From an uncultured delta proteobacterium (GTDB taxonomy: Bacteria > Myxococcota > Myxococcia > Myxococcales > Myxococcaceae): a stretch of 64,000 bases of DNA. The stretch spans positions 320,001 through 384,000 of the forward strand of contig CAVYSY010000040.1 in assembly GCA_963771175.1 (NCBI GenBank). Reading direction: 5' to 3'. Of this stretch, positions 31,959-41,806 are shown in pieces (position 1 is the first letter of the stretch; each line of letters opens with the position of its first letter). The translations under genes and the position numbers were made by a program. The notes beneath the pieces were generated by a model, which had not been told where the DNA came from, made no database searches, and was given only the letters and a program-made list of their open reading frames with translations.

Positions 31959-34513
31959 ATGACCGATACCCGCGCGCCCCTGGCGGCGCTTCTGCCCGAC
32001 CGCTCGCAGGGCCCCCTGGACTCCGATGAGATCCTCAGCCGCTTCGTCGGCTGGGTGGAGTCCACGGGCTGTCGCTCTACCCGGCGCAGGAGGAGGCCAT
32101 CCTCGAGCTGCTCGCGGGCAAGCACCTGGTCCTCAAGACGCCCACCGGCTCGGGCAAGTCGCTGGTGGCCACGGCGCTGCACTTCAAGGCCATGGCCGAG
32201 GGCAAGGCGTCCTTCTACACCTGCCCCATCAAGGCGCTGGTCAACGAGAAGTTCTTCGCGCTGTGCGAGGCCTTCGGCCCGGAGAACGTGGGCCTGATGA
32301 CCGGCGACGCGACCATCAACCGCGAGGCGCCCATCCTCTGCTGCACGGCGGAGATCCTCGCCAACCTGGCCCTGCGCGACGCCACGCCGCGCGCGGACTA
32401 CGTGGTGATGGACGAGTTCCACTACTACGCGGACCGCGAGCGCGGCATCGCCTGGCAGATTCCGCTGCATCACCCTGCCGGGCACCACGTTCCTGCTGAT
32501 GTCGGCGACGCTGGGGGACACGCACCTCATCGAGGAGCGGCTGCAGGAGCTCACCGGCCGCGAGGTGGCCAGCGTGCGCAGCGCGCAGCGCCCGGTGCCG
32601 CTGGACTTCGAGTACCGCGAGACGCCGCTGCACGAGACCATCGCAGGACCTGATCGCGCCTGGGGAAGGCGCCCATCTACCTGGTGAACTTCACGCAGCG
32701 CGCCGCGGCCGAGCAGGCGCAGAACCTGATGAGCGTGGACTTCTCCACCAAGGAGGAGAAGGAGGCCATCCGGCAGGCGCTGATGGAGGCTCCGCTTCGA
32801 CACGCCCTACGGCAAGGACTTCCAGCGCTTCCTGCGCCACGGCATCGGCATGCACCACGCGGGTCTGCTGCCCAAGTACCGGCTGCTGGTGGAGCGGCTG
32901 GCGCAGACAGGGCCTGCTCAAGGTCATCAGCGGCACGGACACGCTGGGCGTGGGGGTGAACATCCCCATCCGCACGGTGCTCTTCACGCAGCTCTTCAAG
33001 TTCGACGGCGAGAAGCTGGCCACGCTGAGCGTGCGCGACTTCCAGCAGATCGCCGGCCGCGCGGGCCGCAAGGGCTTCGACACGCAGGGCAGCGTGGTGG
33101 CGCAGGCCCCCGAGCACGTCATCGAGAACGTGAAGATCGCCCAGAAGGAGGCGAAGGGCGGGAAGCGATGCCCCGCAAGCCGCCTCCGCAGAAGGGCTTC
33201 GTCAGCTACGACAAGAACACCTTCGAGCGCCTGCAGACCGGGCTCCCCGAGCCGCTGGAGTCCCGCTTCGAGGTGACGCACGGCTTGCTGCTCAACCTGC
33301 TGCAGAGCGAGATGGTGGGCGGGGCCGAGGGCTACCAGCGCCTGGTGCGGCTCATCTTCCGCTCGCACGGCTCGGACTACATCAAGCGCCGCAACCTGAA
33401 GGAGGCGGCGGCGTGCTTCCGCACCCTGCGCAACGCGGGCCTGGTGCTCGTGCACAAGGGCGAGGGGGGCTCGGGCGCGACGGTGTCGGTGGCGCCGGGG
33501 CTGCAGCGCGACTTCTCGCTCAACCAGACGCTGTCGCTCTACCTGCTGGACACGCTCAACAAGCTGGACCACGAGGCGGAGACGTACGCGCTGGACGTGG
33601 TGACGCTGGTGGAGTCCATCCTGCGAGAACCCCGAGGTGGTGCTCTACGCCCAGCTGCACGAGCTCAAGGGCGAGAAGATCGACGAGCTGAAGGCCCAGG
33701 GCATGGAGTACGACGAGCGGATGGAGGAGCTGGACAAGCTCGAGTGGCCCAAGCCCAACCGGGACTTCATCTACACCACCTTCAACGCCTTCGCGGAGAA
33801 GCACCCCTGGGTGGGCGCGGAGAACATCCGGCCCAAGTCCATCGTCCGCGACATGTTCGAGCGGTACCTGTCCTTCCACGACTACGTGCGCGAGTACGGC
33901 CTGCAGCGCAGCGAGGGCGTGCTGCTGCGCTACCTCGGAGACGTCTACAAGGCGCTCACCCAGACGGTGCCCGAGCGCTACCGCAACCAGGAGGTCAACG
34001 AGATCATCGAATGGATGCGCGCGATGATCCGCTACGTCGACCAGAGCCTGCTGGAGGAGTGGGAGCGGATGAAGAACCCGGGCGAGGTGGTCGTCCGCCG
34101 GGCCGAGGCGCCGGACCGGCGGCCGCAGGACCTCACGGACGATCCGCGGGCCTTCACGGCGCACGTGCGCAACGAGCTGCACCGGCTGCTGCGGGCGCTC
34201 GCGTACAGGCGCTACGCCGGATGCGCTGGCGCTGCTGCGGCTGGACGCGGGAGGGGAGGAGTGGACGGTGGCGAAGCTGGAGGAGGCGATGACGCCCTAC
34301 TTCGAGGAGCACGCGAGCGTGGTGCTCACCCCGCAGGCGCGTCGGCCGGCCAACACCTTCCTCAAGGAGACGGGCCCTCGGCAGTGGGAGGCCCAGCAGC
34401 GGATTCTCGACCCCGAGGGCCATGGCGACTGGATGCTCGACTGCGCCATCGACCTCACCGGCCGCAAGGTGGACGACGGTCCGCTGCTCACCCTGCGCCG
34501 CATCGGGACGTGA
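31959..34513 (+). CDS. Ski2/HelY-like DEAD/DEAH RNA helicase with DUF3516 domain; about 8-9 frameshifts as assembled
   Basis: Motifs in order across frames: [108 protein letters not shown]. Confidence 0.88.
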
Positions 34514-34514
34514 C

Positions 34515-37181
34515 ATGCGTCCCACTCGTTACGTCGATCCGCATCTGCGCAGGGATGTCCGGCTCCTGGGCCGGATGCTCGGGGACGTCCTCATCGAGCA
34601 GGAGGGGCAGGCCCTCTTCGATCTGGAGGAGCGCGTCCGGCGCCTCTCCAAGGAGCGCAGGCGTGGACCGAAGTCCGGGCGCCGGGCGGCCGCCTCGGAG
34701 CTGGCCGCGCTGCTCCGGGAGATGCCCCTGGGCCAGGCCGAGCCCGTGCTGCGCGCCTTCTCCACGTACTTCCGCCTCGTCAACCTCGCCGAGCAGCACC
34801 ACCGCATCCGCCGCACCCGCGAGCACGCCATCAGCCGCCAGGGTTCCCAGCGTGGCTCTCTGGAAGCGGTGATGCAGTCGCTGCGGCAGGCCGGCATTCC
34901 CGCCTCCCGGGTGCGGGAGCTGCTCATGTCCATGCGGGTGACGCTCACCCTCACCGCGCACCCGACCCAGGCCGCGCGCCGCACGGTGCTGGAGAAGACC
35001 TACCGCCTCGCCCGACTGCTCGAGGAGCGCGATCGCTGTTCCCTCACCCCGCGCGAGAAGGCCGATACCCGCGTGTCCATGCTCGAGGAGATCACCGCCC
35101 TCTGGCAGACGGACGAGCTGCGCCGCGAGCGGCCCACCGTGGGCGACGAGGTGAAGAACATCCTCTGGTACGTGGAGGAGGTGCTCGCCGAGCAGCTCGC
35201 GCTCATGCCGGAGACGCTCGACTGGTCCTTCGAGCGGGCCTTCGGCGAGCCGCTGGGAGTGCTCGCCACGCCCGTGCGCCTGCACTCGTGGGTGGGCGGG
35301 GACATGGATGGCAATCCGCTGGTGACGCCGGACGTGCTGGCGGACACGCTGCGCGCCCACCGGGCCCGCGGCCTTCGCGCGTTGATGACCGAGGTGTCCA
35401 GATTGGGCTGGGTGCTCACCCAGTCCGGGACCCATGCGTTCATCTCGAAGGAGCTGAAGGCCTCGCTCGAGAAGGACGCCGCGGAGCTGCCGGAGGTGAT
35501 GGCCCGGTATGGCCCGCGCACCGTGGGCGAGCCCTGGCGCCGCAAGCTGCGCTTCATCGAGGCCCGGCTCCAGGCCGCCCTGGTGTACGTCGAGGGCCGT
35601 CGCGCCGGTCGCACCGAGCCCCTCTCTCCCACCGCGTACCGCTCGCCCGCGGACTTCCTGGCGGACCTGGGCATCCTCGAGCGCTCGCTCATCGAGGCCA
35701 AGGCGCGGCAGGCCGGGCTGCGGAAGGTGCGCCGCCTCATGTCCCGGGTCCATGCCATGGGCTTCCACCTGGCGGAGCTGGAGGTGCGCGCGCCCGCCGA
35801 CGACGCGCGCAGCGCCGCCACTTCGTTGGAGGGTGGGCCCGCGCCGACGGAAGGTGGAGCGCGGCTGCTGGCCGTGCTGCAGCGGATGCGAGAGGCCCAG
35901 GCCGAGTCCGGCGAGGGGAGCTGCCGCACGCTCATCCTCTCCATGGCCTCCAGCGCCGAGGACGTGCTCGCGGCCTTCACCTGCGCGCGCCGCTCCGGCC
36001 TGTGGGACGAGGCGCGCGGGTGCGCCACCGTGGACGTGGTGCCCCTGTTCGAGCAGCTCGGCGCGCTCGACGACGGCCCCCGCATCCTGCGCGAGCTGTT
36101 CGCCCACCCCGAATACCGCCGGCACCTCCAGGCCCGGGGCGTCCAGGAGGTGATGGTGGGCTACAGCGACTCGGGCAAGGAGGTGGGGCTGCTCGCCGCG
36201 AGCGCCGCGCTCTACCGCGCCCAGTCCGCTCTCACCCAGGTGGCCCACGAGGCCGGTGTGCAACTGCGCCTCTTCCATGGTCGCGGCGAGACGGTGGCCC
36301 GAGGCGGCGGTCCCGCGCACGAGGCCATTCTCGCGCTCCCGCCCGGCAGTGTCGGCGGCACGTACAAGGCCACCGAGCAGGGCGAGGCGCTGGACCACAA
36401 GTACGCCCGGCCCGAGCTGGCCCGGCGCACGTTGGAGCTGGTGCTCGGCGGGGTGCTGCTGCACTCGCTCGATGCGCAGCCGCGCGTGTCGAGCGATGCG
36501 GAGGCCCCGTTCCGTGCCGCCTTCGATGAGCTGGCGGAGATGGGTCGCCGCGCCTACCGCTCGCTCGTGTGGGAGGACCCTGAGTTCGTCCCGTTCTTCC
36601 AGGCCGCCACGCCCATCGAGCAGATCGCCGCGTTGCCCATCGGCTCGCGGCCCAGCAAGCGCGCCGCTGGAGGACTGGAGTCCCTGCGCGCCATTCCCTG
36701 GGTCTTCGCCTGGACGCAGAACCGCGCCATCGTCCCGGGCTGGTATGGCGTGGGCACCGCGCTGGAGGAGTTCGGCTCCCGGCCCGAGGGCCTCGAGCTG
36801 CTCAAGCGCATGTATCGCCAGTGGCCCTTCTTCCACACCGTCATCGACAACGTGGCCATGGTGCTGGCGAAGGCGGACATGGCGATCGCCTCGCGCTATG
36901 CGGCGCTGGCGCCCGACTCCACGCGCCCGTTGTGGGAGCGCATCCGCGCCGAGTACTCGCGCACCCGCCGCTGGGTGAAGCGCGTGACGGGCGAGTCGCG
37001 CCTCCTGGAGGGAAACCAGCAGCTCCGGCAGAGCATCGCCCTGCGCAACCCCTACGTGGACCCCATCTCCTTCCTCCAGGTGGAGCTGCTCCGCAGGAAG
37101 AGGGCGGGGTGCGACAATTGCGATCGGCCGCTCCTGCTATCTCTGGCCGGAATCGCCGCGGGCATGCGCAACACCGGGTGA
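34515..37181 (+). CDS. ppc: Phosphoenolpyruvate carboxylase
   Basis: LTAHPTQ, WVGGDMDGNP, VPLFE, QEVMVGYSDSGK, FHGRGETVARGGGP, IGSRPSKR, LRAIPWVFAWTQ, IAAGMRNTG C-terminus. Confidence 0.97.
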   Translation: MRPTRYVDPHLRRDVRLLGRMLGDVLIEQEGQALFDLEERVRRLSKERRRGPKSGRRAAASELAALLREMPLGQAEPVLRAFSTYFRLVNLAEQHHRIRRTREHAISRQGSQRGSLEAVMQSLRQAGIPASRVRELLMSMRVTLTLTAHPTQAARRTVLEKTYRLARLLEERDRCSLTPREKADTRVSMLEEITALWQTDELRRERPTVGDEVKNILWYVEEVLAEQLALMPETLDWSFERAFGEPLGVLATPVRLHSWVGGDMDGNPLVTPDVLADTLRAHRARGLRALMTEVSRLGWVLTQSGTHAFISKELKASLEKDAAELPEVMARYGPRTVGEPWRRKLRFIEARLQAALVYVEGRRAGRTEPLSPTAYRSPADFLADLGILERSLIEAKARQAGLRKVRRLMSRVHAMGFHLAELEVRAPADDARSAATSLEGGPAPTEGGARLLAVLQRMREAQAESGEGSCRTLILSMASSAEDVLAAFTCARRSGLWDEARGCATVDVVPLFEQLGALDDGPRILRELFAHPEYRRHLQARGVQEVMVGYSDSGKEVGLLAASAALYRAQSALTQVAHEAGVQLRLFHGRGETVARGGGPAHEAILALPPGSVGGTYKATEQGEALDHKYARPELARRTLELVLGGVLLHSLDAQPRVSSDAEAPFRAAFDELAEMGRRAYRSLVWEDPEFVPFFQAATPIEQIAALPIGSRPSKRAAGGLESLRAIPWVFAWTQNRAIVPGWYGVGTALEEFGSRPEGLELLKRMYRQWPFFHTVIDNVAMVLAKADMAIASRYAALAPDSTRPLWERIRAEYSRTRRWVKRVTGESRLLEGNQQLRQSIALRNPYVDPISFLQVELLRRKRAGCDNCDRPLLLSLAGIAAGMRNTG

Positions 37182-37268
37182 GCCGAAACAACCAGGGCCG
37201 GAGCCCTTGTCTTCAGTGGCTTCCGGCCCCGGGTCGCGCCCCCCCGACTCATGGAAGGGGGAGAGGCT

Positions 37269-38165
37269 TTACTGCACGCAGGCCCCCACTCCCGCGAAGT
37301 CCCGCAGTGGCTCGCAGCGTCCGGACGCGCAGCCCGGTTCGCCCGAGGGGCTGCGGCACAGCCGGTGGCACGTCAGTCCGGCTCCGTCGTTCACGCACGC
37401 GCTCCCCGGCCGGCAGTCGTTCGAGTACGTGCAGGGGGAGCCATCCTCCACCGCTCCCGCCGTGACGCACACCGGCCCGCTCGTCGGCGAGGGGTAGCAC
37501 CCCAGCGAGCTCGCGCAGCCCTGTGCCAGCGGATCGCACCTGGGCCCCGGCTCCGCGCACACCCTTGGCAGCTCGTCCGAGCCCGTGAAGCGCAGCACCT
37601 CGATGCAGTCGCCCGGCGCCGTGCATTGCGTGCTCGCGTGGCAGAACTTCTCGCACACGAAGGTCGTGCCCCCGTCCGGTGCCGGCTGATCCACGCAGTA
37701 CAGCCCCGCCTTGCACGTATCGTGGAAGTCGCCCTCCGGTGTCGCGGTGCTCTGGCAGGCCCCGCCCTCCGTCACCGTCCCGTCCGGGACGCAGCGGCGG
37801 CTCGTCGCGCCCCCCTGGCGCACGTAGGTGCACTTCTTCCCCGTCGGACAGTCCTGCGCTACCGGATCGCACTCGCCCGGGAAGCAGAGGTTGCCCTGCC
37901 CACCGTCCTCCTGCACACCGCGCAGGCAGAGCGCACCGGCGTCACAGCCCCGCTGACGCGCCACGTCGCAGCCCGAGGCCGTCTCCCCCGCATCGTCCTG
38001 GCCCCCGTCCCGGCCCGGCGTGCTCCCATTCGTCGTGTCCCGCCCGCCATCGGCCCCGGGGCCGTTCCCCGAGTCGCCGCGGCCCTGGCCGTTGCCATTC
38101 CGGCAGGCGCCCAGCAAGCCGCTGATAATGAGGATACTGGTCAAAAGAAGGACGTTCGCCCGCAT
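37269..38165 (-). CDS. Cysteine-rich lipoprotein
   Basis: Signal peptide with LLGAC lipobox, DGG-rich linker, repeated Cys modules (CDVARQRGC, CDPVAQDC, CDPLAQGC). Confidence 0.85.
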   Translation of the reverse strand: MRANVLLLTSILIISGLLGACRNGNGQGRGDSGNGPGADGGRDTTNGSTPGRDGGQDDAGETASGCDVARQRGCDAGALCLRGVQEDGGQGNLCFPGECDPVAQDCPTGKKCTYVRQGGATSRRCVPDGTVTEGGACQSTATPEGDFHDTCKAGLYCVDQPAPDGGTTFVCEKFCHASTQCTAPGDCIEVLRFTGSDELPRVCAEPGPRCDPLAQGCASSLGCYPSPTSGPVCVTAGAVEDGSPCTYSNDCRPGSACVNDGAGLTCHRLCRSPSGEPGCASGRCEPLRDFAGVGACVQ

Positions 38166-38350
38166 TCCAATCCCCGGCTGGAGTGACGAACGTGACTAAT
38201 AAGACGTCCGTGTAGAAACGGGCCCCCCTTGAACAAGACATGGAGGACAGCGGACACTTGCCGGGACAATCAAGCTGTCGCGAGGTCCTCGACCTGCCGC
38301 GTCATCTTCGTGCTTCCCACCCAGCAGAGAGCCCGAGGAATCGAGTGCGC

Positions 38351-38713
38351 ATGACCATGAAGACGGCCGAAGCCGCGGAGTCGCCGGATATGGTGTTCGC
38401 CAACAGGAGGGCCCATGAGCGGGTGTCCGCCACGTTCGATGTTCGCTTCCTGGATGCCCGGGACGCGGCGCGAGCGCTGCGCGCCTACTCGCTCAATCTG
38501 TCGGCGGGGGGGCTGTGCCTGCGCACGCGCCGCTCCTACGACGTGGGCGCGCGCGTGCGCCTGCAGCTGAGCGTGAGCGGAGAGGACTTCGAGCTCGAGG
38601 GCATCATCTCCTGGGTGCGGGACGATGCCGAGGCGATCGGCGTGCGGTTCGTCGACGTCAGCGATGCGGACCAGTCCCGCCTGCAGCGCGTGGTGACCAG
38701 CTTCAAGCGCTGA
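38351..38713 (+). CDS. Stand-alone PilZ domain protein (Myxococcales type)
   Basis: RRAHERV (RxxxR) and NLSAGG (D/NxSxxG) c-di-GMP motifs, IGVRF. Confidence 0.88.
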   Translation: MTMKTAEAAESPDMVFANRRAHERVSATFDVRFLDARDAARALRAYSLNLSAGGLCLRTRRSYDVGARVRLQLSVSGEDFELEGIISWVRDDAEAIGVRFVDVSDADQSRLQRVVTSFKR

Positions 38714-38727
38714 GTGCCGGGGCTGTG

Positions 38728-38754
38728 ACCCCGGGGCTTTCGTGGCCCCGGGGT
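38728..38754. terminator. GC hairpin between convergent genes
   Basis: ACCCCGGGGC-TTTCGTG-GCCCCGGGGT perfect 10-bp stem between PilZ and GNAT stops; no clear U tract. Confidence 0.5.
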
Positions 38755-38763
38755 GGCGCGCGA

Positions 38764-39251
38764 CTAGCGGTGCTGACCCTCCAGCTTCTCGTAGCGCATC
38801 ACCATGTTGTCCACCCGGACGAAGCCGCGGGCCTCGAAGAAGGAGGCCAGCTCTTCCAGGGCGTAGGCGCTCACCTCCACCCGCTTCACGCTCAGGGCCC
38901 GCTCGCCGCAACGGTCGAGCACATGCTCCATGAGCGCCTTGCCCACGCCGCGGCAGCGCCAGGTCTCCGTCACCACCAGCTCGTCCACGGTCGCGATGCG
39001 TCCGCGCAGCCGGAGCTGCGGCCGGTGCGACAGCGACACCATGCCCACGGGCCTGTCCTGCGGGTCCGCCGCCACGAAGATCTCGATCTCCGGGTGGCTG
39101 ATCACCCAGTGGACCGTCTGGGCATCCGAGCCGTGGGCGTAGCCCAGCTCGCGCAGGAGCGTGGCGAGGCTCTCGGCATCACCGCGGCGAGCGCGGCGAA
39201 TGCGGAAGGGGGGGCGTCCGGGGCGGGAGTTCTCGATGGCGTCGATTGCAC
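38764..39251 (-). CDS. GNAT family acetyltransferase; probable frameshift in G7 run 39208-39214
   Basis: FRIRRARRGDAESLATLLRELGY, VDELVV..WRCRGVGKALM, FFEARGF; GGAG RBS + GTG 39251 joins the frame only if the run gains one base. Confidence 0.8.
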
Positions 39252-39356
39252 GGCTGCTCCAGTCTACAGGGGGGCGCCCACATCGAAAAGGGACAGGGCG
39301 GCTCCGGACACGAATCCGGGCCGCCCCGTGCTTGACGACTTCTCGCGGAGTGAGAA

Positions 39357-40412
39357 CTACGGCTGCTCGGACGCCAGGGAGCGGATGGCCGAGGTGATGT
39401 CACCCTGCTGGGGCACCGAGGCCATCTCCAGCGTGTCGGCCAGGCCGATGCCCGGCACGAACTTGCCGGCCAGCAGCCGGGGCGCCGCTACCAGCTTGTA
39501 GAAGAGCTCCTCCACCGCGCGGCGCATCAGGTGCTCACCGAAGTTGGTGACCTCGGTGTCCTCGTTGACGAAGAGCACGCGGCCCGTCTTCTCGATGGAG
39601 CCCTTGATGAGCTCCCAGTCGTAGGGCCACAGGGTGCGCATGTCGATGACCTCGGCGTCCACGCCCTCGCTGGCCAGGTCGTCCGCGGCCTTCTTGCACA
39701 GCGGCAGCGTGCGGCCGTAGCTCACCACCGTCACCTGCGAGCCCGAGCGCACCACCTTGCCCTTGCCGATGGGCACCGCGTACGCCTCGAGCTGCGGCCA
39801 CTGCGGCTTCCACTGCGAGCGGTCGCCCAGCGGCGCGTCGATCATCTTCGACAGCAGCTTCTCGTCCTCCGGCTCGCCCGGAATCCGCTCCTCGCCCTTG
39901 ATGCGCAGCAGCGCCTTGGGCTCCAGGTACATGACGGGGTTGATCTCCTGGCAGGCGGAGATCATCAGGCCGTACGCATCCAGCGGATTGGAGGGGATGA
40001 CGATCTTCCAGCCCGGGATGTGGGTGGCCGTCGCGTCGAAGGAATGCGAGTGGTAGATGGAGCCGCGGATGCCGCTGCCCACCGGGGTCTTCACCACCAT
40101 GGGCAGGTTCCAGTCCCCGTTGGTGGCCCAGCAGGTGTTGCCGGCGATCTTCAGCAGATCGATGGTGTTGTAGATGTAGTCGGCGAACTGGATCTCCGCG
40201 ACGGGCCGGGAGCCGGCCATGGCCAGACCGATGGCCATGCCGATGATGCCGCGCTCGTCCAGGGGCGAGTTCCACGCCTTCTCGAGGCCCTGCGTGGCGG
40301 TGAAGACGCCGCCCAGGGGGGCGCCCACGTCCTCACCGAAGATGTCGGTGACGCCGAGGTGCTGCTCGGCGTAGTGGAGGGCCATGCGAACGGCCTGTGC
40401 CATGTTGGCCAT
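39357..40412 (-). CDS. bkdB: 2-oxoacid dehydrogenase E1 beta subunit (branched-chain type)
   Basis: FGEDVG..GGVF..T, PLDERGIIG, PVAEIQFADY, YHSHS, EPKAL, EVIDMRTL; substrate class inferred from myxobacterial esg/bkd pair. Confidence 0.88.
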   Translation of the reverse strand: MANMAQAVRMALHYAEQHLGVTDIFGEDVGAPLGGVFTATQGLEKAWNSPLDERGIIGMAIGLAMAGSRPVAEIQFADYIYNTIDLLKIAGNTCWATNGDWNLPMVVKTPVGSGIRGSIYHSHSFDATATHIPGWKIVIPSNPLDAYGLMISACQEINPVMYLEPKALLRIKGEERIPGEPEDEKLLSKMIDAPLGDRSQWKPQWPQLEAYAVPIGKGKVVRSGSQVTVVSYGRTLPLCKKAADDLASEGVDAEVIDMRTLWPYDWELIKGSIEKTGRVLFVNEDTEVTNFGEHLMRRAVEELFYKLVAAPRLLAGKFVPGIGLADTLEMASVPQQGDITSAIRSLASEQP

Positions 40413-40415
40413 GGG

Positions 40416-41423
40416 TTACTTCCTCTCCGCGAAGATGTGGTTCCAGATGGTCTCGGGGGCCGGCAGCGGCTCCTCGCGGACCTGACGGGCCATGGCGGCC
40501 ATGTCCTCGGTGTAGCGGTTGCGCAGGTCGTCCATCTCCTTGCGCGAGAGGACGCCGTGCTTCTCCAGGCGCGTCTCGAACTGCGCCAGGCAGTCCTGCT
40601 CGTTGCCCACGAAGTTGGCGCCGGACGCCGAGGAGTGCCCGTACAGGCGCGACACCATGGCCTCCATCAGGAACGGCTTGCGCTCCTTGCGCACGTACTC
40701 CATCGCCTCCTGCAGCTCCTGGTAGGCGTTGATGGGATCGTTGCCGTCGATCGTCTTCGTGCGGATGTTGAAGGCCTTGCCGCGATCCGCCACGTGGGTC
40801 TCGCCGTGCTGGGTGTCCGCCGACGTGGAGATGCCCCACTTGTTGTTGGTGACGATGATGAGGAGGGGCAGCTCGCTGCCCGGGCGCGAGCTCCACACCA
40901 GGCACGAGGCGAAATCGCCCTCGGCCGTGCCCGCGTCACCGCCGGTGACGATGGTGATGCCGTCGCCGCCGTGGCGCTTCTGCGCCAGCGCCGTGCCCGG
41001 GGCCATCACGTACTGGACCTCGATGGGGGAGGACACCGGCGCGATGTTCCACTCGCGCTTGGAGAAGTGGCCCGCGAAGTTGCGGCCGCCGGAGTAGGGG
41101 TCCGCCGCCACGTTCTTCATCTGCCGCAGCGCCCCGATGGGCTCCTCGCCCAGCGCCATCATCGTGGCCGACTGGCGGTAGTGCGCGTGCAGGTAGTCGT
41201 AGGCCGGGCCCTGGCCCTTCTTCATGAGCAGGCCGAGCGGGACGTTGAAGGCCTCCTCGCCGGGGCCGCCGATCCAGAAGTACCCGTGGCCCTGCTTGTA
41301 CATCTGGATGAGGCGCTCTTCGAGGACGCGCGCCTTCACCATCAGGTCGTGCATCCGGACCAGGAGCTCCCGATCGAGTGGGAGCGAGTCTTCTTCGCGA
41401 TTGAGGAGGCGGGGTTTTGGCAC
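40416..41423 (-). CDS. bkdA: 2-oxoacid dehydrogenase E1 alpha subunit (branched-chain type)
   Basis: TPP motif GDAGTAEGDF..NNKWGIS, RLYGHSSA; directly upstream of beta subunit. Confidence 0.88.
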   Translation of the reverse strand: MPKPRLLNREEDSLPLDRELLVRMHDLMVKARVLEERLIQMYKQGHGYFWIGGPGEEAFNVPLGLLMKKGQGPAYDYLHAHYRQSATMMALGEEPIGALRQMKNVAADPYSGGRNFAGHFSKREWNIAPVSSPIEVQYVMAPGTALAQKRHGGDGITIVTGGDAGTAEGDFASCLVWSSRPGSELPLLIIVTNNKWGISTSADTQHGETHVADRGKAFNIRTKTIDGNDPINAYQELQEAMEYVRKERKPFLMEAMVSRLYGHSSASGANFVGNEQDCLAQFETRLEKHGVLSRKEMDDLRNRYTEDMAAMARQVREEPLPAPETIWNHIFAERK

Positions 41424-41806
41424 GCGCGTCTCTCTGGGTTGAAATAGGGGGATGAGCGGGGCCCCTCATACCCCAAAGGTGCCCCGAATACTCAAGGGCC
41501 CCGTGCCGGATCCGCCGTCCCGATTTTGCCGCGCTGCGGCGTGCGCAACCCCCTGTTCGCGGCCGACTTGCCGCCTCGTGCCGCACGCCTGGGAAGGTGA
41601 GGCTGCTGGACGTGAGTAGGGTGTTTGATGGTGGGGTTGTCCGAGGACAGCGACGCCAGATGGACTGGCGGCGGGGGCCAATACCCGAAGTGGAGCCGCT
41701 CCCGCACATCCAGGCGGATCCAGCTACCCTCTAGGTTTCTCATGGAGTTGCGCTAAAGTGGGTCTCCCCACTTTACTTATCCGTAGCGCGGTCCCAGCCG
41801 CTCCGG

